From: Lama guanicoe | Taxonomy: Eukaryota | Direction: 5' to 3' | DNA: 55,294 nucleotides | NCBI GenBank assembly: GCA_013239625.1 | Contig: MU053365.1 | Span: 1,031,566-1,086,859, forward strand | Shown: in pieces, positions 48,763-55,294 of the stretch | Layout: the number at the start of each line of letters is the position of its first letter | How positions within the stretch are numbered: the first letter of the stretch is position 1 | Position numbers and translations under genes: made by a program | Notes under the pieces: generated by a model | Told to the model about the DNA's origin: nothing | The model's database searches: none | What the model saw: only the letters and a program-made list of their open reading frames with translations

Positions 48763-50022
48763 AGAAAGACTTAAACATAAGACAAGATACAATAAATCTC
48801 CTAGAGGAAAACATAGGCAAAACATTATCTGACATACATCTCAAAAATTTTCTCCTAGGATAGTCTACCCAAGCAATAGAAATAAAAGCAAGAATAAACA
48901 AATGGGACCTAATGAAACTTACAAGCTTCTGCAGAGCAAAGGAAACCAGAAATAAAACAAGAAGAAAACCTACGGAATGGGAGAAAATTTTTGCAAGTGA
49001 AACCGACAAAGGCTTGATCTCCAGAATATATAAGCAGCTCATACGACTCAATAAGAAAAAAATAAACAACCCAATCCAAAAATGGGCAGAAGACCTAAAC
49101 AAGCAATTCTCCAAGGAAGACATACAAATGATCAAAAAGCACATGAAAAAATGCTCAATATCACTAATTATCAGAGAAATGCAAATCAAAACTACAATGA
49201 GGTATCACCTCACACCAGTCAGAATGGCCGTCATTCAAAAATCCACAAATGACAAATGCTGGAGAGGCTGTGGAGAAAGGGGAACCCTCCTACACTGCTG
49301 GTGGGAATGCAGTTTGGTGCAGCCACTATGGAAAACAGTGTGGAGATTCCTCAAAAGACTAGGAATAGACTTACCATATGACCCAGGAATCCCACTCCTG
49401 GGCTTGTATCCAGAAGGAAATCTACTTCAGGATGACACCTGCACCCCAATGTTCATAGCAGCACTATTTACAATAGCCAAAACATGGAAACAGCCTAAAT
49501 GTCCATCAACAGGTGACTGGATAAAGAAGAGGTGGTATATTTATACAATGGAATACTACTCAGCCATAAAAACCGACAACATAATGCCATTTGCAGCAAC
49601 ATGGATGCTCCTAGAGAATGTCATTCTAAGTGAAGTAAGCCAGAAAGAGAAAGAAAAATACCATATGAGATCGCTCATATGTGGAATCTAAAAAACAAAA
49701 ACAAACAAACAAACAAAAACAAAGCATAAATACAGGACAGAAATAGACTCATGGACAGAGAATACAGACTTGTGGTTACCAGGGGGGTAGAGGGTGGGAA
49801 GGGATAGACTGGGATTTCAAAATTGTAGAATAGATAAACAAGATTACACTGTATAGCACAGGGAAATATACACAAAATGTTATGATAAATCACAGAGAAA
49901 AAAATGTGACAATGAGTGTGTATATGTCCATGAATGACTGAAAAATTGTGCTGAACACTGGAATTTGACACAACATTGTAAAATGATTATAAATCAATAA
50001 AAAATGTTTAAAAATAAAAAAG
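48763..50022 (+). mobile_element. Young 5'-truncated camelid L1 (about 1.25 kb)
   Basis: Open ORF2 C-terminus, 3' UTR, AATAAA and A-tail; same end as the 11064-11109 insertion. Confidence 0.95.
48912..49691 (+). pseudogene. L1 ORF2p C-terminal fragment (259 aa) with intact CCHC knuckle
   Basis: ...[14 protein letters not shown]...[18 protein letters not shown]...[15 protein letters not shown] and RT domains absent because of 5' truncation. Confidence 0.93.
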
Positions 50023-50587
50023 AAAACTAAACATGTGTAAAAATGAAACATATAAAGTTATAAACCAATGTTACCTCAATCTAAATTTTTTTCAAAAAAT
50101 ATTAAACTTTATAAATCTACCCTTTCAAAGAAAACCAAACTAACCATGCAGTTACCATACCATCCAGCAATTATATGCTTGATATTTACCCCAAATAAGT
50201 GAAAATTTAAGTTCCCACAAAAACCTGTACACAAATGTTCATAGCGACTTTACTTGTAAAATCTCCAAACTGAAAATCCAAATACCCTCCAACAAATGAA
50301 TGGAAAAACAAACTGTGGTACATCCATACCATGGAATACTGTTCAGCAATACATACAACATCTTGGATGAATCTCCAGAGCATTATGCTGAGTGAAATAA
50401 GGTAGCCCCAAAAGGTTATATGTTGTATTCTTATTGCACATAGTTAACATTTTTGAAATGCAATACATTGTAAATACTTGTTTTTTTTTTTCAGTTTCAT
50501 TCTCCTTCTCTAGCTCCATAACAAAACCACTTTCATAGATCAATAGTTTAAATAACTTTGACAGTCTCTATGATAAGGAGTGTATCA

Positions 50588-51790
50588 GGAGAGAGAAGAT
50601 GGCGGAGTAGAAGGACGCTAGTGGCTCACCCTCTCCCACAAATACACCAAGACCCACATCCACAGACCCACTCAGCCAACCAGAGCACCTGCAGAACTCC
50701 GACAGAACATCGCCCTTTTCAAAAGATAGAGACGCCAAAAACCTGGTAGGAGAAAAGGAAAAAAGAAAGAACAAAAGGCAAAGCAGCGCGGGACGGGTCC
50801 CGCGGGGAGGGAGCGGCAATGGAGGACTGGCGCTCGCTCGCTGGGGCTCCCCTCTCCAACCGAGAGGCCAGCAGGATGGACGGGGAGCCTCCGAGGCTTG
50901 GATCTGTACAGAGCAGCCCTTGACCGACAGAACTAAGTTAAACGGGCACAGAGGGTCCCCGCGACACCCAGCCCGAGACGCGGGCCGGCAGCGGCGGGCC
51001 GGGCCAGGCCGCCCGAGCCGGGCAGGGGACGCGGGGGGCTGCACGGAGGCAGCTCCGGGGGACTGCAGGGGGCTGCGCGCCGTGGCTGTGGGTGCACAGG
51101 GCAGAACCACCTGGGCCCTCCATGAAACAGCACGGCTGATGTGCCCTGGGGGGGAGGGTGCATACCTCCATCTCTGAAAACCCGCGGAAAGGTTTCAGGG
51201 GAAGAGAGGCGGGGCTCAGGCGCAGCCGCCATATCCTCCGGCGCTGAGCACCCAGGCGGGGGCGGGGGCGGGGGCGCAACCTGCATCCGCACCGAAGGGC
51301 TCAGCAGCCTCAAACGCCAGACAGAGACGGGTCTACAGCCCGGGGCAGATAGGAGCCTTCCATCCTGGTCCCTCTGCCAAGACAAACAAGGAGCTGGGTT
51401 CTGGCCCGGAGCTGGGACAAGGCTGTCCCTCAGTCTTCCCGAAGCCCACCTGCGGAGCGACGACCCGAGGCGGAGCGCACAGCCGCACAGAGCAGTGAAG
51501 AGACCGGCGCAGGGAGAGGGCGGGCGGCCCCCCGCCTGTCGGCACGAACGCAACCCCTGACCGAGGTGCTGGGAGGGGGCGCGACCCGCCCTCCTGCCTG
51601 GCCAGTCTGCAACATGTGACTGCGGCATTGGGAGGGGCAGCGACCCGCCGCCCACAGCCAAGGACAGCTGCACCTGACCCAGTGTTGGGAGGGGGCGCGA
51701 TCTGCTTGCCAACAGGTGCTGGGAGCAGCACAGAAGAGGGGGCCAACGGAGGGCCTCTGGAAACAGCAAGCTGAGCTTCCAAAACAGGAC
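50588..51790 (+). promoter_or_regulatory. L1 internal promoter / CpG island with YY1 site and tandem monomer-like repeats
   Basis: AAGATGGCGG (YY1) at 50596-50605; dense CpG at 50780-51720; GGGGGC repeats at 51258-51275; three GGGAGGGG..GCGA units at 51557-51720. Confidence 0.85.
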
Positions 51791-52225
51791 GAAGACACAA
51801 AGACTTCACATTAGAAGTACAGTCTCCAGGAGAAAATTGACCCCCCTCCCGTTTTTTTTAAATCTGTTTTTACCTGTTCTATTTCCTATTACCCTCTTTT
51901 TACTTCTTAATTCATTTTTATTTCTCTTGGGTTTCGATGTCCTGTTATTGATTATACACAGGTTTCAAATACATCTTTTCATCTTTTCTCCTTTTTTTAA
52001 AGGTTTTAAAAGGACGTCTCAACCCGATTGCTATTCTGCTTCAACTTGCTCTTCTATTATTCATTATACACTGTTTTCAAACCTTTTTTTCTCCCTTCTT
52101 TTAAAATTCTTTCTCTCTCTTTCTTTTTTCCCTAAGTCTTATTCCTACATAGGCATTGGATAGATAAACTCCTTAAGGACCACAATAGATAACTGATACT
52201 CCATAAACCACAGTGCCAGAGATGT

Positions 52226-53129
52226 ATGAGCAGGATGAAGAACCAGACAAACCATTCCCAATTAAAAGAACAGGAGGAATCCCCTGAAAGAACGATCAAT
52301 GAAATAGACATCGATAGCCTACTAGATCAAGATTTGAAAAAAGGAATGATCGAAGTACTGAATGAACTAAAAGAGACAGTGTTTAGATATATAAAATACG
52401 TCAAAAATTAAATTGAAGCTATAAACAAAAGCCAAATAGAATGAGTAAACTCATTGACTGAGATGAGGAATGATCTAACAGCTGTGCAAAGCCGACTAGT
52501 TAATGCAGAGGAAAGAATTAGTGATCTAGAAGACAGGGCAACAGAAAGCACCCATTCAGAAGAACTACAAGATAAGCAAATAAAAAATAATGATAATAGC
52601 ATAAGGGACCTATGGGATAATATAAAGCGTCCCAATCTTCGCATAATAGAGGTCCCAGAAGGGGAAGAAAGATCAAAGGGGATTGAAAAGGTTTTTGAAG
52701 AAATCATGACTGTAAACGTGCCAAACTTAAAGACGGAATCAGATATCCAAGTACAGAAAGCTCAGGGGGTCCCAAACAGGAAGAACCCAAATAGACCCAC
52801 ACCAAGACATATCATAATCAAGATGGCCAGAGTCAAGGATAAAGAAATGATTCTAAAGGCAGCAGGAGAAAAGCAAAGAGTAAGTTACAAGGGAACCCCC
52901 ATAAGCCTCTCAGCTGATTTTTCTACACAAACACTACAGGCCAGTAGGGAGTGGCAAGATACATTCAAAGTCCTGAATGAAAAAAAAGATGTAGCCTAGG
53001 ATACTTTATCCAGCAAGGCTATCCTTTAGGATAGAAGGAAATATAAAGAATTTCACAGACAAGAAAAACCTACAAGAGTTTAGCAACACTAAACCCATGC
53101 TAAAAGAAATATTGAAAGGGCTACTCTAA
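52226..53129 (+). pseudogene. L1 ORF1p, disrupted
   Basis: MSRMKNQ...coiled-coil, then IRDLWDNIKRPNLRII, RPTPRHIIIKM; in-frame stops at 52409-52411 and about 52442, frameshift in the A-run near 52985, end TAA at 53127-53129. Confidence 0.92.
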
Positions 53130-53526
53130 ATAGAAAAGCAGCAGGATGCTACAGAAATGAGAAACGTACAACTGGAAAGGTGATAACTCATGAATTACAA
53201 ATAAAGAAAACACGAAATTATAAAAGAAGACATACAAATCACTGAGAGTGGGAGAGGGAGGCAGGGAAATATAGAATTTTTTTTCTTTCTTTTTTAAATT
53301 TTTTTAACAGTAGGATGGGTTTGAGATCATGTTATTATCAGTTTATTAAAAACGGGTATAGGTTAATAGATTTACAAAAAAGGGTAACCACAAGCCAAAA
53401 ATTTACAAGGGAGTCACAAAAATTAAATAAAATCCATGATAATACAAAGGAAAATTACCAAACCACAAAAGGAAGAAGAAAGGAACAAAGAGGATATACC
53501 AATTCAACTGCAAAGATAAGTTCAAA

Positions 53527-55294
53527 ATGGCAATAAACACACATCTATCATTAATTACTGTAAATGTTAATGGACTAAATGCTCCAGTCAAAAGACATAG
53601 AGTGGCAGACTGGATAATAAAGCAAGAACCTTCAATATGCTGCATACAAGAGACCCACTTTAGGGAGAAGGACACATATAGATTGAGAGTGAAAGGATGG
53701 AAAAGGATATTCCATGCAAATGGAAAAGCCAAAAAAGCAGGTGTTGCAGTACTGATTTCAGACAAAATAGACTTTAAAACAAAGGCCATAAAGAAAGATA
53801 AAGAAGGACATTTTATAATGATTAAAGGAGTGATACAAGATGAGGATATTACACTCGTTAATATATATGCACCCAATATAGGAGCACCTAAGTACATAGA
53901 ACAATTACTAACAGAGAGAAAGGGGGATGTTGATGGGAATACAATCATAGTTAGAGATTTTAACACTGCATTAACATTACTAGACAGGTCTTCCAGACAG
54001 AAAATAAATAAGGCAACAGAGAAACTAAATAATACAATACAAAAATTAGATTTGGTGGATATTTTCAGAGCATTACACCCCCCCAAAATAGGATATACAT
54101 TCTTTTCAAGTGCACATGGAACATTTTCCAGGATTGATCATGTACTTGGGCACAAAAGAAACCTCAACAATTTTAAGAAGATAGAAATTATCTCAAGCAT
54201 CTTTACTGACCACAATGCCATGAAAGTAGAAATCAACAACAGAGAAACAAAGGAGACAAAAAGGAAAGCATGGAGATTAAACAATATGTTATTTTAAAAA
54301 ATGGGTCAATGAGGAAACCAAAGCTGAAATTAAAAAATACCTTGAGACAAATGACAATGAAAGCACAACCACTCAAAATCTATGGGACACAGCAAAGGCA
54401 GTGCTAAGAGGGAAGTTTATAGCGATACAGGCCTTCCTCAAAAAAGAAGAACAATCTCAAATAAACAATATAACCCACCAGCTCACTGAAATAGAAAAAT
54501 AAGAACAAAAAGCCCCAAAAGGCAGCAGAAGGAAGGAAATTATAAAGATTAGGGAGGAAATAAATACAATAGAGATTAACAAGACCATAGAAAAAATCAA
54601 CTAACCCAAAAGCTGGTTTTTTGAAAAAGTAAATAAAATCGACAAATCTTTGGCAAAACTCACAAAGAAGAAAAAAGAGAGAGCACAGATTAGCAAAATA
54701 AGAAAGGAAAATGGAGAAATTACAACAAATAAAATAGAAATACAGAATATCATAAGAGAATATTATGAAAAACTATATGGAACCAAACTGGATAACCTAG
54801 AGGAGATGGACAAGTTTCTGGAAACATACTGTCCACCAAAACTGAATCAAGAAGAAACTGACCACTTGAACAAACCGATCACTAGAAGTGAAATAGAAAT
54901 AGCAAAACCTCCCTACAAATAAAAGTCCAGGACCGGACGGCTTCACAAGGGAATTTTACCAAACATACAAAAAAAAACTCATACCAGTCCTTCTCAAACT
55001 CTTCCAGATGATTGAAAAGGAGGGAATACTCCCAAACTCATTCTATGAAGCCACCATCACCCTAACACCAAAACCAGGCAAAGATACTACCAAAAAAGAG
55101 AATTATAGGCCAATATCACTGATGAACATAGACGCCAAAATCCTCANNNNNNNNNNNNNNNNNNNNNNAGTCACGATCAATAGATGCAGAAAAAGCATTT
55201 GATAAAATTCAACACCCATTTATGATAAAACTCTTGCCAAAGTGGGTATAGAGGGAACATATCTCAACGTAATAAAAGCTATATGTGATGTGAC
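53527..55294 (+). pseudogene. L1 ORF2p (APE endonuclease plus start of RT), disrupted
   Basis: NVNGLN, CIQETH, NIYAPN, RDFN (normally GDFN), SRIDH, TDH; stop at 54295-54297 with further stops/frameshifts; [14 protein letters not shown] and SIDAEKAFDKIQHPF RT motifs. Confidence 0.95.
55147..55168. other. Assembly gap (22 N)
   Basis: N run. Confidence 1.

Larger units (their letters stand above)
48515..50465 (+). mobile_element. Old L1M 3' region (48515-48765 and 50137-50465) hosting younger insertions
   Basis: CAGGGAAATACAAATTAAATCCACAATGAGATG...TTGGTAGTTTCTTA; resumes AAACTAACCATGCAGTTACCATACCATCCAGCAATT. Confidence 0.8.
50588..55294 (+). mobile_element. Near full-length camelid LINE-1 (5' UTR, ORF1, spacer, ORF2 EN and start of RT), running off the window
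   Basis: GGAGAGAGAAGATGGCGG start, CpG-rich 5' UTR, ORF1- and ORF2-like translations. Confidence 0.97.

Noticed and set aside
48761..49189. Antisense ORFs over L1 ORF2 (also 52408-52707, 53403-54086, 10630-10974)
   Set aside because: Familiar antisense shadows of L1 sequence
50920..51809. Several 110-278-aa overlapping ORFs on both strands
   Set aside because: Expected from stop-codon scarcity in a GC-rich L1 5' UTR; mostly GTG/TTG starts and Pro/Arg/Gly low complexity. Only the donor-crossing frame is kept as a lead.
50588..55294. Active L1 or domesticated endonuclease gene
   Set aside because: ORF1 and ORF2 carry several stops and frameshifts, and the EN motif reads RDFN; the open EN stretch is explained by young age

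Overview
AT-rich mammalian genomic DNA, almost certainly camelid (alpaca/llama/camel), based on a tRNA-Ala-derived vic-1-type SINE at 7521-7624 and camelid-type L1 3' ends. No intact host protein-coding exon is recognisable. Bases 1-1642 look like the 5' part of a long terminal 3'-UTR exon of a minus-strand gene, with a branch point, a T-run and an AG acceptor at 1644/1643. From memory (not a search) its opening resembles the non-coding last exon of ERC2 (CAST1). The rest would then be part of the very long last intron, near the WNT5A locus. About half of the intron is transposon-derived: MIR, L2, MER5/MER33/MER2B DNA transposons, MLT1/MLT2/MER31 LTRs and old L1M fragments. There are also many camelid L1 insertions with visible target-site duplications (TSDs), and a near full-length but inactivated L1 runs from 50588 to the window end. 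Repeat-free islands rich in PBX/MEIS/HOX/SOX motifs are enhancer candidates. I found no convincing new biological system. The best leads are a TSD-bounded chimeric L1 with an ancient L1M 3' end, a possible L1 antisense-promoter splice into the terminal exon, several ultra-short L1 tail insertions, and the enhancer-like islands. Repeat family names are pattern recall and their boundaries are approximate.
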